In this document: one piece after another, positions 1-9,346 of the stretch
Position numbering within the stretch: position 1 is the first letter of the stretch
How the letters are laid out: each line of letters begins with the position of its first letter
Source of the DNA: a virus
Taxonomy: Duplodnaviria > Caudoviricetes
Strand: one strand, 5' to 3'
IMG/VR virus record: IMGVR_UViG_3300030433_000071
Span: 1-36,357 of that record
Length of the DNA stretch: 36,357 nt
Program-made: the position numbers and the translations under genes
The notes under the pieces: generated by a model
Seen by the model: the letters and a program-made list of their open reading frames with translations, nothing else
What the model was told of the DNA's origin: nothing
The model's database searches: none

Positions 1-153
1 AATGTCATCACGGCGTCCAGCAGGTTTTTGGTAGCTAGGCTTGAATCAGCAAGCATTCCAGACTCACCTGCCCTCTGAATCGCTGACAGCGCATCCTCAA
101 GGGTGCCGCCATTCCTAATGGTATTGGCAATGATCATGCCTGCGCCGGGTGAC
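1..153. repeat. Terminal direct repeat, left copy (contig overlap indicating a circular or permuted genome)
   Basis: 1-153 is identical to 36205-36357 except T at 76 versus C at 36280. Confidence 0.97.
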
Positions 154-854
154 ACGTTTAACTTTTTTGATATTTCTTTGATTGCTGCGTCTGTCTGCTT
201 GCTGCTTGTTGCGCCCCTTGTGAGAAGCGATGCCGCGCCACTGAACAGCCCGCCCAAGGTAAGACCAAGAGTCGCGTCTCTTACTGCTTGTGGAAGCCTG
301 TCTAAAAACCCCCCCTCTGCCGCACCGAAACCAGAAACGCCAGCTTCTAGTCCGGCTAGGCCAGCGCCACGCATAGTTTGATTTGCTAGTGATCCGCCAA
401 CGGCACCCGGGGCAAAAACCGCAGCTGGAGCAGATCCTGCGACCCTTGCAACCAAGCTGGCACCCGGAGCCTGCTCTTCCGTAGCTCTCTGGATTGATTC
501 CATTTTCTGTCTAGCGTCAGGACTTACCGCACCAACCATTTCTGGGATGTACTCACCAATAAATGGAATGCCCTGCGATGCCTTGAGCGCAGCGGCTGTC
601 AGCGGTGACTCACCAATAAGGCTGATGTTCTCGAACTCTCTGCGCTTTTCCGCAGTAGGGTCTACGGAGCCAAACGACTCCATAATGCGCTGGATTTCAT
701 CTTGATCGGTCGTTGAGTAGCGCGGCGAAACGAATGCAAGCCCCTTCGCGGTTTTCACGACCCTGCCACCGTCCGGCGTATTCATCAGGACCACATCAGC
801 CTCTGACGGCTGATTTTCCCTGTTCTTGATTACCGCTTCTAAGATTGACGCCAT
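1..854 (-). CDS. 5' part of large internal virion/ejection protein; continues across the junction into 34914..36341 (about 714 aa total)
   Basis: ATG at 854 overlaps the upstream TAA (TAATG). My translation MASILEAVIKNRENQPSEAD...KKLNVSPGAG is open and in frame with MIIANTIRNGG at 137 (=36341); 717 nt = 239 codons. Missing from the ORF track because it runs off the end. Confidence 0.9.
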   Translation of the reverse strand, partial: MASILEAVIKNRENQPSEADVVLMNTPDGGRVVKTAKGLAFVSPRYSTTDQDEIQRIMESFGSVDPTAEKRREFENISLIGESPLTAAALKASQGIPFIGEYIPEMVGAVSPDARQKMESIQRATEEQAPGASLVARVAGSAPAAVFAPGAVGGSLANQTMRGAGLAGLEAGVSGFGAAEGGFLDRLPQAVRDATLGLTLGGLFSGAASLLTRGATSSKQTDAAIKEISKKLNVSPGAGMIIANTIRNGGTLEDALSAIQRAGESGMLADSSLATKNLLDAVMT

Positions 855-2035
855 TAGTGTAGCTGTTCCCACTCTCTGAGGATTTCACCAATAGACTTGC
901 CTTGACCCTTCCCTGCGTCTAAAAACTCATTAAAAAGGATCGGCCCTCCATCAACGTACACAACAGCGCCCAGCGTATTGGATGCAAGATCCAAGGTGTT
1001 CCGCAGCGTGTTCATTTGGTTGAAGTCTGTTGACCGCGACCCAGCGGCAAGCTCACCAAGGGCAGCGGCTAGGCTGTTGCGTGACATCATGTAATCAAGG
1101 ATCGCCTTGTTAGCCGCCATATCTTTTCCTAGTGACGGCATGTAGCTTTGTGCATACCTAGCGTCGAAGTCTGTCTGCGGACCCTTGTTCCGGCGTAGCT
1201 CTTCTGCAACCAGCGTTGCTGTAAACGCCTCTAGTGTTTGCGCGTCAGATATCGCCTGCTCATCTACATCCATGCCTAGTGACTGAGCAAACGACCTCAC
1301 GCGATTCTTGGTGTCTTCAAACCGCCCGGTTGGTACGCCCCTCTCAAACAATCCTTGTATCTGTCGCAGCTGAGTGTTTTGGCTTCTCGCCAGCTTGCCA
1401 GCCTCAGTGTACGCGCTAATTTGCTCTGGAATTTGCTTTGCCATTGCGGTCAAAAACGGTTCTTGCCCCGTGTTGACAGTAATGCCACCAGCCTTGCCTG
1501 CGGCCTCAACAGCTTGCACATCGGTGTATCCAATGCTTTTATAAAATGCCACTTTCTCGCTGAATGCTGATGGCTTTTGGGTCAGCGCGCCTACCGCCAC
1601 CTTAGCCAAAGAAGGGTCCGCCTCCACCAAGTCAGCAAGGTTCCCATGACCAGCCTTCCGCAGCGCCGCAGCTGTAGCGTTGCCCTGCTGTGCCGCCAAC
1701 CGCTGACCTTGGATGTTGTTAATTTGATTTTGCAGTGACGCCAGCATTGCTGGGTTAGGGTTGCTGCTCATGCCCGACAGACCGATAGCAAGCTGCTTGC
1801 GCTTTACCGGGTCGCCAAGATAGTCCAGCACACCGCGTCCCATTCTAGATAAGAAGCCGGGCTGTTGATCCGCTGGAATTGATCCCGGGCCAGACGTTGG
1901 CCCGCCGGAAACTGATTGCAGTTTCGGTGCCTTTTGCATGGCAATAATCCGCTGGACCATAGGATCAGACATATCAATCTGATCTTCCTGTTGCTGACCC
2001 GGCTGAGTAGCCATCAAACTGTTAAGAATACCCAT
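854..2035 (-). CDS. Putative ejection (DNA transfer) protein, P22 gp20-like position
   Basis: 393 aa, Ala/Gln/Gly-rich and helical-looking; lies in the series of ORFs after the nozzle and GNAT-like genes. Confidence 0.6.
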   Translation of the reverse strand: MGILNSLMATQPGQQQEDQIDMSDPMVQRIIAMQKAPKLQSVSGGPTSGPGSIPADQQPGFLSRMGRGVLDYLGDPVKRKQLAIGLSGMSSNPNPAMLASLQNQINNIQGQRLAAQQGNATAAALRKAGHGNLADLVEADPSLAKVAVGALTQKPSAFSEKVAFYKSIGYTDVQAVEAAGKAGGITVNTGQEPFLTAMAKQIPEQISAYTEAGKLARSQNTQLRQIQGLFERGVPTGRFEDTKNRVRSFAQSLGMDVDEQAISDAQTLEAFTATLVAEELRRNKGPQTDFDARYAQSYMPSLGKDMAANKAILDYMMSRNSLAAALGELAAGSRSTDFNQMNTLRNTLDLASNTLGAVVYVDGGPILFNEFLDAGKGQGKSIGEILREWEQLH

Positions 2036-2048
2036 TTGTAGGCTCCAA

Positions 2049-2414
2049 TTACATTACGCCAAGCGCGACGAGTAAATCTAGCAGCCCGCCTTGCTGTTTT
2101 TGACCACCTGCCGGATTGATGCCGCCCATCGGCATTGGAGAACCGGGCGGAGGCATTCCGCGAATACGATTTGCAAAGGCATGAACCTTATCGAATGCGT
2201 CCGGCTGTGTATTGGTCTGCTGCTGTAGCACTGGTGACATTTGCGGCATTGGCTGCGACAGCGGTCCACCAGACACTGGAGACATTTGCGGCTGACCCAT
2301 AGATCTCTGCATTCTCTCTGCCGCTGCTTTTTTCTGACGCGTTGCCATGCTGTCCCTAACGCCAGCTTGCTCCATCCCGAAGCTAATCAAATCCATTAGC
2401 CCACCCAGAGACAT
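2049..2414 (-). CDS. Small Gln/Pro/Met-rich putative internal virion protein
   Basis: 121 aa, translationally coupled (TAATG) to the upstream gene; low complexity. Confidence 0.55.
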   Translation of the reverse strand: MSLGGLMDLISFGMEQAGVRDSMATRQKKAAAERMQRSMGQPQMSPVSGGPLSQPMPQMSPVLQQQTNTQPDAFDKVHAFANRIRGMPPPGSPMPMGGINPAGGQKQQGGLLDLLVALGVM

Positions 2415-3625
2415 TAGATAGCCCCCAAGATGCCAATAAGTGTGTTAGCCCAACCCGGCTGATTCTTAGTCGTAGTAGTGCTGCCTGCAGCGCCGCCAAC
2501 ACCTAGTGCAGACCCTATGAGATTTTGCCCATACGCCCCGGCATTTCTGAACAGATCGAACTCGTTCCGGTATCTATCAATGATGGCCTGATTAGTGTCT
2601 CGTGCTAGGCCGCCTGCAGCGCCGAGCCGATCTGCCATGCTGCCAGCCATGTTGAACCCTAAATTGCCAAGGCTTCCAAGCTGATTTGCCGCATTCAGCC
2701 GGAACTGTGCGCCCGTCAAGTCTGCGCCTTGATTTGCCATCTGAGCGGCAAAATCTTGGCCCAATCCAAACTGTTGCGCCATATTAGCTGCGTTAGCGTT
2801 TGCCAAACTAGCCTGCGTAGCAAGCCGCGCATTTGTCATGCCAGCCTGTAGGTCGCTGCTCTGGTTTGCGAGGGATGCCTGCAACTGATTGCGTGCATTC
2901 TCCGAAAGTGCATTCTGACGCCGCGCAACGTCTTGCTGACCCATCTGCGAGGCGAACTGGAAGCCTTGATTACGGAGGTTAGCCGCTGTGCTTGCTGACT
3001 TATCAAGTGCATTGCGCGCTATCTCTGCTTCCATCAGCGCACCGCGTGAGCCACCAAATGCACCTGCCGCTTGTGCCTGTGCAGCCGCTTGGTTGGCCTG
3101 CATCAGCCTACCACGCTCAATATCACCCATTGACTGATCTATTACATCCCGGGTGTATGGATTCATAAATTTATCAAGATCAGACTGCTGAAATTGCGCC
3201 GCCTTGTAGTCTGTTGCGTTAGGATCAAGCATCATTGCGTTGACGCTACCTGCGCTCGCCATAGATGGATTGTATGAACCACCGGAAATCATCATGGGGC
3301 TATACCCCATTGCGTCACGCGTGCCGCTATATGCGTCATTCAACGCCTGTGCTGAAAGAGCAAATTGATTAGGTGGCTGCGGACCTGCGGGCTGCGCTGA
3401 CCTACCGCCACTTTCATCTGGCATGTAAGGCCCGCCTTGCAACTGCGCCTTGTCAACCGACCCAACAAATGCCGGAAGATTCTGATAGCCGCCTGAATTA
3501 TTCGGCGGAGATACGTTTCCGCCACCTTTTCCGCCTGCCCCGGGCGGCGTAAAGGTTCCGGGGGTAGGTGGTTGATAACCCCCGTCTATAGTTGGTCGAC
3601 CGCCGCCAAATGCTGGACTGCCCAT
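2414..3625 (-). CDS. Putative ejection/pilot protein
   Basis: 403 aa with YMNPY-like motif (FMNPYTRDVI), AGAFGGSR and Gln/Ala-rich repeats typical of podovirus ejection proteins. Confidence 0.7.
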   Translation of the reverse strand: MGSPAFGGGRPTIDGGYQPPTPGTFTPPGAGGKGGGNVSPPNNSGGYQNLPAFVGSVDKAQLQGGPYMPDESGGRSAQPAGPQPPNQFALSAQALNDAYSGTRDAMGYSPMMISGGSYNPSMASAGSVNAMMLDPNATDYKAAQFQQSDLDKFMNPYTRDVIDQSMGDIERGRLMQANQAAAQAQAAGAFGGSRGALMEAEIARNALDKSASTAANLRNQGFQFASQMGQQDVARRQNALSENARNQLQASLANQSSDLQAGMTNARLATQASLANANAANMAQQFGLGQDFAAQMANQGADLTGAQFRLNAANQLGSLGNLGFNMAGSMADRLGAAGGLARDTNQAIIDRYRNEFDLFRNAGAYGQNLIGSALGVGGAAGSTTTTKNQPGWANTLIGILGAI

Positions 3626-3638
3626 ATCTCTCTATCCT

Positions 3639-4145
3639 TTATACTGGAAATTGACCACCGCTCATTCGCCGAACGTACTCGGCAAACTCAGGCGTACCAT
3701 AGGGCGGGATGTTGCCCGGGCCATACGGCATACTAGAATCGTAATTTGGGTTTGTTTCTGGAGTCCCATAGGGAACAAAATGCTGGGCGAGCGTCTCTGC
3801 CTGCATGGGGTTTTTAGCCTCAAACTCTGCTCGGGCCGCCTCAAACGTAGGTGCGGTGCTGTAACCTCGAATTCCGCCAGCAAACACCTGCTCTTCCGGC
3901 AGTCCCGCAAGGGCGTCACCACCTACAGGAGCCAGCCCAAAAGCTGCTGCACCATCATATGTTGATTGCATCATCGCCTTCTGCATTGGGTCCAGCGCAG
4001 CAACGGCAGGGCCATAGTCCACGATGTGGCCTACAGAAGCTAAATCTTCTGCCCTTCCTAAATTTCTTTCCAAACCCCTCTCCAGAAACTCCGGTATCTC
4101 TACCGTTTGCTGCGAGCCTCCGCCTTTTCCACCAGATCCTGACAT
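3639..4145 (-). CDS. Putative small ejection protein with N-terminal GGKGG motif (P22 gp7-like)
   Basis: Start moved to ATG 4145 (MSGSGGKGGGSQQTVEIP), with AAGGA upstream, which removes the overlap with the previous gene. Confidence 0.65.
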   Translation of the reverse strand: MSGSGGKGGGSQQTVEIPEFLERGLERNLGRAEDLASVGHIVDYGPAVAALDPMQKAMMQSTYDGAAAFGLAPVGGDALAGLPEEQVFAGGIRGYSTAPTFEAARAEFEAKNPMQAETLAQHFVPYGTPETNPNYDSSMPYGPGNIPPYGTPEFAEYVRRMSGGQFPV

Positions 4146-4147
4146 AA

Positions 4148-4516
4148 CTAGATATCCTTTCCTAAGCTGGTTAGAACAGGGGTGTAACCCCTCCCTTCTA
4201 AAACTTTTTGCCACCCTTTGCGGCCCGCTACAGTAACCGCGTTACAATCGTTCAGCTTGGCGAAATATACAGCGGACTCATCCATGCTCACTATTGTCTC
4301 TATGTTTCCGCCTGCCAAAAAAATGTGGAGAACCTTTTTGCGCGGATAAACCACGATTTCCGTAACAGCGCAGGCATCATCAGCAGGCCAGAACTGCATC
4401 GTTCCTGCCTTCACCGCACTCACTACATCCTCAAACAAGTGCGTGTTGCCACCGCGATCCAATGCCGCCTCAATCCACGGCCTGCAACGCTCTAACTCAG
4501 CGTCCAATTCCTCCAT
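4148..4516 (-). CDS. GNAT-fold-like virion assembly protein (P22 gp14 / T7 gp13-like position)
   Basis: 122 aa with LHIFLAGG and GRKGWQKVL motifs; sits between tail and ejection genes. Confidence 0.6.
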   Translation of the reverse strand: MEELDAELERCRPWIEAALDRGGNTHLFEDVVSAVKAGTMQFWPADDACAVTEIVVYPRKKVLHIFLAGGNIETIVSMDESAVYFAKLNDCNAVTVAGRKGWQKVLEGRGYTPVLTSLGKDI

Positions 4517-4523
4517 TATATCA
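4515..4523 (-). promoter_or_regulatory. Extended -10 element TGATATAAT
   Basis: Exact TGnTATAAT in the intergenic gap at the head of the ejection-protein block. Confidence 0.5.
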
Positions 4524-4527
4524 CCCC

Positions 4528-4818
4528 TTACGACACCTTTAGAGTGCCACTATCATTCCATATAACCCCTGATTCTGATGGCAGCGTTGTGGGCAGACTG
4601 TTTCCCTTAGCGAGCAGAATCTGCACAAACTCATTACTGACCGACACCACCAAATACCCATTATCAGCGTCATACAGAAGGATGCCATTCTCTGCGGCTA
4701 CGTCTGACGTTTGCTTCTGTGGGATCAACGCTCGTACCCGGGTTAGGTAGTCATTCAGATCCTCAGCCCACAGATGTGGCGTCTCTCTGGAGTAGGGTGG
4801 TGGTAGCTCTTTACTCAC
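4528..4818 (-). CDS. Small tail-associated protein
   Basis: 96 aa, coupled to the nozzle gene; C-terminal LPTT..SGVIWNDSGTLKVS resembles fibre repeats. Confidence 0.55.
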   Translation of the reverse strand: MSKELPPPYSRETPHLWAEDLNDYLTRVRALIPQKQTSDVAAENGILLYDADNGYLVVSVSNEFVQILLAKGNSLPTTLPSESGVIWNDSGTLKVS

Positions 4819-6716
4819 CGTCTACCCCCGCTGCTGACGCGTAGCCGCACATCTCCGACTCGCCAGTTAGCCTCTGCATCACCCTCGATTCGCACCCTTA
4901 CCTGACGCCCGGTCATCCGCACATTGGTCGGGTTAGCCGGGTCAAATGGGCCATGCTCTGTTTCATCGCCGTTAGGGTAGAACCGCGTCTTAAACTTAAT
5001 TGATACCTCGCCCTGCGTATCCTCTTCAGGAATCATCTCCGTAATACGCATCACGTTATCGCCGTCAGCAATGTTCAGCGGCCCACTCTCCACAAACACT
5101 GAGCTACCCTCATGCCCGTAACCTGACTCGTGGCGATATACAGAACCATCTGTGGCAATCCACATGGGGTCAACAAATACGCCGGAGTCTACGCCAGAAC
5201 AGCGGTCTAGCTCCCCGACAAGCCAGTGATTCTCGTTGTAGTCGTAGGCCACATAGCGGGTGTTTTCATCTTCACCTACACCCGGGTAGAACCACCACAC
5301 TTCGTTGTACTTCTGATTGGCTACCGCAAACCCGTGGCTGACGCGGTTTAGGTTCATCTCGGTAAATACCTTGTCATGCACCTCGCAGGGAAGAACTCGT
5401 GCCGTTGAACCGTCATATACAAAGAAGTTGCGCTCACCCATCCAGAAGGCTGTCGGGCCTACAGATGCGAGCATATTCCTGCCTACCAGACCGCACGAGT
5501 TACCGATCTTCTGGAAGCCGAACACTGTCGGTGGACCCTGATATGTTGCGACCCACGCATCAATATCCGTACAGATTAGCGTCCTACCTCGGACCCTAGC
5601 CCCAGCAACAATCTGGCCTGATGTCTGAAGCTCAATATCACCAGCTTCGTTTGTAATAGCTGGTTGCCACTCGTACAGGTTCTCACGATCACACCACTGT
5701 ACCTTACGGGTATTGCCGCCTGCGCCAAGGCAGAATACAAATCGCTCTGCCGTCACCACAATCGCCTTGTTGGATGTTGGCACCTCGGTTGACACAGAAA
5801 CTAGTGAGTTAGCAGATACAAGTGTGGCTACCGTAGTCGTGTCGGCTGCGAACGCTGATATATCAAGCTCGTATAGATTGCCCTCAGCATCAGATAGCGC
5901 GATCAAATCCTCGCCCCAGTTATCGAGCGACCAGTTGGTAGCCGCAGCCACAGAGTAGTCACGCTCCCGGGGTACACCGTAGGCACCAGATCCGTAGTTT
6001 TTGCCGCCATATCCAAGGTTCTCTGACGCCTCAGCGATGCCAGCGGTAAATGATGCTGGGGTAACGTCATAGACAACATCGTTACCGTCTACGACAGCAA
6101 GCCTGTTATATGACCCTGCCGCTAGGTATGGTGAGCCATTGTTGGATGCCCATGCGTGCATACCGCGAGACTGTCGGCCCTTCTGCCGCACATCAATCTC
6201 AGTAAGCGTAATCGTATCTGTTTCGCCGCCCGTGGCTGAGTCAAGCTCAATCACAAGGTTTGTGTTGGGCAGTGACGCGCCCGTGGTGATCTCAAACGAA
6301 CTGCGGCCTGTTGACTCGATATTGCTAGACGCAGCCACACCGCCCAGCGTAATTGTCGCTGAGGCTCCCGTAGAAAGCTCTGTGACGTTGACATCAACAA
6401 CGTAGTCCGTAGACACCGCTAGGACGCTAGAAAGGCTCTGCGTGATGCTGGAAGCCGTACCAGCGACATTCTCCATCTCAATGGTGTCGATGTCGGCGTC
6501 ATAGTTTGTGTTTACCTGCGTCCAACTTGCAGAATCTTCCAGATGCGGGTCATCGCTAATCGTCTCAATGTTAGCGGCCTGTACCCAGCCACCTACTGGC
6601 TGCGGGGCGTTGTTGGTCCATCGCACAAGGCTAGAGTCAAGCCAGCGACCCTTGGAATCCAAGTCTACGCCGTGACTGTAGACGCCTGCGGGTATGTCTA
6701 GCTTGATTAAGGCCAT
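4815..6716 (-). CDS. Tail nozzle / tail tubular protein (beta-propeller; P22 gp10 / T7 gp12-like)
   Basis: 633 aa with WSLDNWGEDL, VQWCDREN..W.P..TNEAGD, NEVWWFYP and YVAYDYNENHW motifs. Confidence 0.8.
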   Translation of the reverse strand: MALIKLDIPAGVYSHGVDLDSKGRWLDSSLVRWTNNAPQPVGGWVQAANIETISDDPHLEDSASWTQVNTNYDADIDTIEMENVAGTASSITQSLSSVLAVSTDYVVDVNVTELSTGASATITLGGVAASSNIESTGRSSFEITTGASLPNTNLVIELDSATGGETDTITLTEIDVRQKGRQSRGMHAWASNNGSPYLAAGSYNRLAVVDGNDVVYDVTPASFTAGIAEASENLGYGGKNYGSGAYGVPRERDYSVAAATNWSLDNWGEDLIALSDAEGNLYELDISAFAADTTTVATLVSANSLVSVSTEVPTSNKAIVVTAERFVFCLGAGGNTRKVQWCDRENLYEWQPAITNEAGDIELQTSGQIVAGARVRGRTLICTDIDAWVATYQGPPTVFGFQKIGNSCGLVGRNMLASVGPTAFWMGERNFFVYDGSTARVLPCEVHDKVFTEMNLNRVSHGFAVANQKYNEVWWFYPGVGEDENTRYVAYDYNENHWLVGELDRCSGVDSGVFVDPMWIATDGSVYRHESGYGHEGSSVFVESGPLNIADGDNVMRITEMIPEEDTQGEVSIKFKTRFYPNGDETEHGPFDPANPTNVRMTGRQVRVRIEGDAEANWRVGDVRLRVSSGGRR

Positions 6717-7222
6717 TACGATGTATATCCGATAAATGATCCGTACAGGTTGCCGCCCACGTTCCAGATTTGAATCCAGTTAGTGGCACCGACCTCTAGC
6801 TCTGGGATGTTGCCAAACAGCCACTCCATCGTGGGCCATGTGACATCATCATTTGAGCCAACAGAAGTGAAGCGCAAGGTCACAAACTCGCCCGAACTGA
6901 GGCTGGATGTGATCGTTACGTCACCCGCCATCGCACACGTTTGCACCGTCCCGTTAGCCGGGTCAACATCCACCGTGCCAGATGTTCCAAGCGTGTGTAC
7001 CTGCTCGGTGATCTTGCCGTCTACATCAAGCGCAGCGACCTCATTTAAGGTCATGCCCGTAGTGGTGTAGTCATTAAGGTTAATTAGCGTCCCAGAACCG
7101 CCACCGCCTGCGTACAGCAGGGTGTCGAGGGATGTCCAGTTGTTGTTGAGTTTCGTACCCCACGCATCGGAATCGCCGCCGATAGCAGGGAGATTGAAAC
7201 TGAAGTTAGTCGTAGTAGCCAT
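6716..7222 (-). CDS. Tail fibre/needle-associated protein
   Basis: N-terminal TTTNFSFNLPAIGGDSDAWGTKLNNNW is a recurrent fibre-attachment motif. Confidence 0.65.
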   Translation of the reverse strand: MATTTNFSFNLPAIGGDSDAWGTKLNNNWTSLDTLLYAGGGGSGTLINLNDYTTTGMTLNEVAALDVDGKITEQVHTLGTSGTVDVDPANGTVQTCAMAGDVTITSSLSSGEFVTLRFTSVGSNDDVTWPTMEWLFGNIPELEVGATNWIQIWNVGGNLYGSFIGYTS

Positions 7223-7248
7223 ATCTGCTCTCGCTCAATTCCTATATT

Positions 7249-8154
7249 TTACTGTGCCACGTTCTGTGATGGGTAGCGTCTTGCTCTGCCGGGCCACACA
7301 ATTCGCACCGCACCCTGCTTTCCCGAATAGCCAGAAAGACCGCCATTGATGGCATTTGCACCACCGGGTGAGGGCGCGCCTCCGCCGTACTCTTGGTCAT
7401 CCTGATACTGATCTGTGCCTTTGTTGTGCGATCCCGGGCCGCCCATGTTGTCATCGTAGTTGGGTGCTTGTGAATCATAGATGCCGCCAGCACCGCTAGT
7501 GCCTTCACCGTATAGGCTTACACCGCCGCCAAATCCACCTTGCCTTCTATATGGGCTAAAGTTAGAACTTAGCCACTTTCCGCCGCCGCCACCGCCTCCA
7601 GCGCCTCCAGTACCCGCAGCGCCATCACTCTGTGAGCCTGCGCCGCCATTCCCAGAATAGCCTGCAGCACCGCCGCCGCCCGGACCCCTGCCGTCAAATC
7701 TGTCGCCGCTTGTGGCACCAGCGCCGCCCGTATTAGATCCCTTCCTGCTAACCTCAGCGGCAAGTATGTTTACGTTGCCTGCGTCTTGTGTATTGCCGCC
7801 GCCTTTTCCACCATGCGCTTGTATAAGTTTTGTACCGCTACGACTGATATATGATGGGCCGCCGTTGCCTCCGGCATTAGAGCCACCGGGGTTATATGGC
7901 CCGGCGCTACCGCGATCTCCCACAACAACCGTAAGAGTTTCCCCAGCGGTGACCTTGATGGTGCCATAGGCCAAGCCGCCGCCTTGCCCGGCATTCGGGG
8001 CGTAATTTGAGGCACCTCCGCCGCCTGAACCAATACAGACACAAGCGATGTACTCGACGTTGTCAGGAACCGTAAAGGTGTGTGTGCCTATTGTTCTAAA
8101 CACCTCTTCGCCATACGCAGACATACCCTTGGCTTTTACCATCGCCCTAAACAT
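7249..8154 (-). CDS. Glycine-rich tail fibre tip/adhesin-like protein
   Basis: GTHTFTVP...CIGSGGGGA, multiple polyglycine runs and terminal GAVRIVW. Confidence 0.75.
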   Translation of the reverse strand: MFRAMVKAKGMSAYGEEVFRTIGTHTFTVPDNVEYIACVCIGSGGGGASNYAPNAGQGGGLAYGTIKVTAGETLTVVVGDRGSAGPYNPGGSNAGGNGGPSYISRSGTKLIQAHGGKGGGNTQDAGNVNILAAEVSRKGSNTGGAGATSGDRFDGRGPGGGGAAGYSGNGGAGSQSDGAAGTGGAGGGGGGGKWLSSNFSPYRRQGGFGGGVSLYGEGTSGAGGIYDSQAPNYDDNMGGPGSHNKGTDQYQDDQEYGGGAPSPGGANAINGGLSGYSGKQGAVRIVWPGRARRYPSQNVAQ

Positions 8155-8675
8155 TAGTAATTACTCCATGTGTCGCCGGGTTCTGGCCTGTCGGCCCAGA
8201 TACCTGATACCTCTGGCCTGCTTGTCCATGTGTCGCCGGGTTCTGGCCTGTCGGCCCAGATACCGGAAGGCTCTGCTCTGTTGGTCCATGTATCCCCGGG
8301 TTCCGCCTCATCTTCCCACTTGATCCGCCCTGATATTTTGAGAGAGCCAACAGCCGCAGACTTAGCCCCCGTAGCCATGTTTACGCCAACAGCCGCAAGA
8401 GCCGACCCATCAGCGGACATCAAGTTGCCCACAAACAGGTCTAGACCCACGCCAATATCAGTATCTGAATCTGTCGTGACTTTAGCCGCGCTATGCTGCA
8501 CGCGATAGGGTCCAAGCAGCGTAGTAGATGTTGCAGCTGGTACGGCTGCGGTTGAGGCTAAAAATCCTGCCGCAGTGACCGTGTCAGATGATGCGTCAGC
8601 CGACAATGCGGCATTGACGTAATCACCTTCGGCATAACCCTTTACCCAATAGTTTTTAACGTAATACTGACTCAT
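8154..8675 (-). CDS. Tail-associated protein with C-terminal Trp/Pro 10-aa repeats
   Basis: 173 aa ending in WEDEAEPGDT/WTNRAEPSGI/WADRPEPGDT/WTSRPEVSGI/WADRPEPGDT/W. Confidence 0.7.
   Translation of the reverse strand: MSQYYVKNYWVKGYAEGDYVNAALSADASSDTVTAAGFLASTAAVPAATSTTLLGPYRVQHSAAKVTTDSDTDIGVGLDLFVGNLMSADGSALAAVGVNMATGAKSAAVGSLKISGRIKWEDEAEPGDTWTNRAEPSGIWADRPEPGDTWTSRPEVSGIWADRPEPGDTWSNY
8165..8318. repeat. Coding tandem repeat, 60-bp period built of 30-bp subunits
   Basis: tccatgtgtcgccgggttctggcctgtcggcccagatacc occurs at 8165 and 8225; a diverged third copy starts at 8285. Confidence 0.9.
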
Positions 8676-9139
8676 ACCGACCTTATCACGCTAACTACGC
8701 CACCAATCACTGATGCCATGACCGCGAACCCAACCGCCACAATTACAATATCTAGCATCATCTGCTTCCGCTTGCGCTGCTTATATATTGCCTCTTCTCG
8801 CTGCGCCTTAATCTTCCGCCGCAACATAATCATTTCTTGATATGTTTCTACGCCGTAAGCCCACACGATTAACTCTCTAATTTGTTTTTCCTGCTCTTCT
8901 AGTTTTTTCTTTGCGATAACGCTGTTAAGTGCTTGCTGCTCTACCGTGTTTCCATCAAACAGTTTTTTAAATACTCCGGGCTTTTCTGCCTCTTTTTCTG
9001 CTTGCTTTATGTCCGCAGCATAACTGTACCACGACCCTAACTTTTGAGCCACGGCTTCAATTTCAGCGCCTTGATTAACTAGCGTCTGTATACCCTTGAA
9101 GGTAGTAGACGCCATGGCGATCATGGATAAGGGGTCCAT
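8672..9139 (-). CDS. Hypothetical coiled-coil protein with C-terminal transmembrane helix
   Basis: 155 aa; a Lys/Arg patch precedes hydrophobic IVIVAVGFAVMASVIGGVVSVI. Confidence 0.75.
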   Translation of the reverse strand: MDPLSMIAMASTTFKGIQTLVNQGAEIEAVAQKLGSWYSYAADIKQAEKEAEKPGVFKKLFDGNTVEQQALNSVIAKKKLEEQEKQIRELIVWAYGVETYQEMIMLRRKIKAQREEAIYKQRKRKQMMLDIVIVAVGFAVMASVIGGVVSVIRSV

Positions 9140-9143
9140 TATG

Positions 9144-9344
9144 CTATTCCGGAATTATGGCTGGCGGGGATTCCTCACCATATACCGCCGTCAAAATAGC
9201 GGTTTCCGTGGCATTAAAATCCACTACGCCATTTGACATTATGGTGCTGACAGTGACGGTGCTTTCCACTCCGTCATCCGTATATGAGACCGCCACACTG
9301 GTGTCAGCGTCTCCGTAGTTATATTTCACCAATTCAATCGCCAT
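9144..9344 (-). CDS. Small acidic hypothetical protein (tail region)
   Basis: 66-aa ORF that fills the gap exactly, on the coding strand. Confidence 0.65.
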   Translation of the reverse strand: MAIELVKYNYGDADTSVAVSYTDDGVESTVTVSTIMSNGVVDFNATETAILTAVYGEESPPAIIPE

Positions 9345-9346
9345 AA

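Noticed and set aside
8165-8318. Regularly spaced repeats as a possible CRISPR mini-array
   Set aside because: The units are in-frame coding repeats with similar, not unique, intervening sequence, and no cas genes are present.
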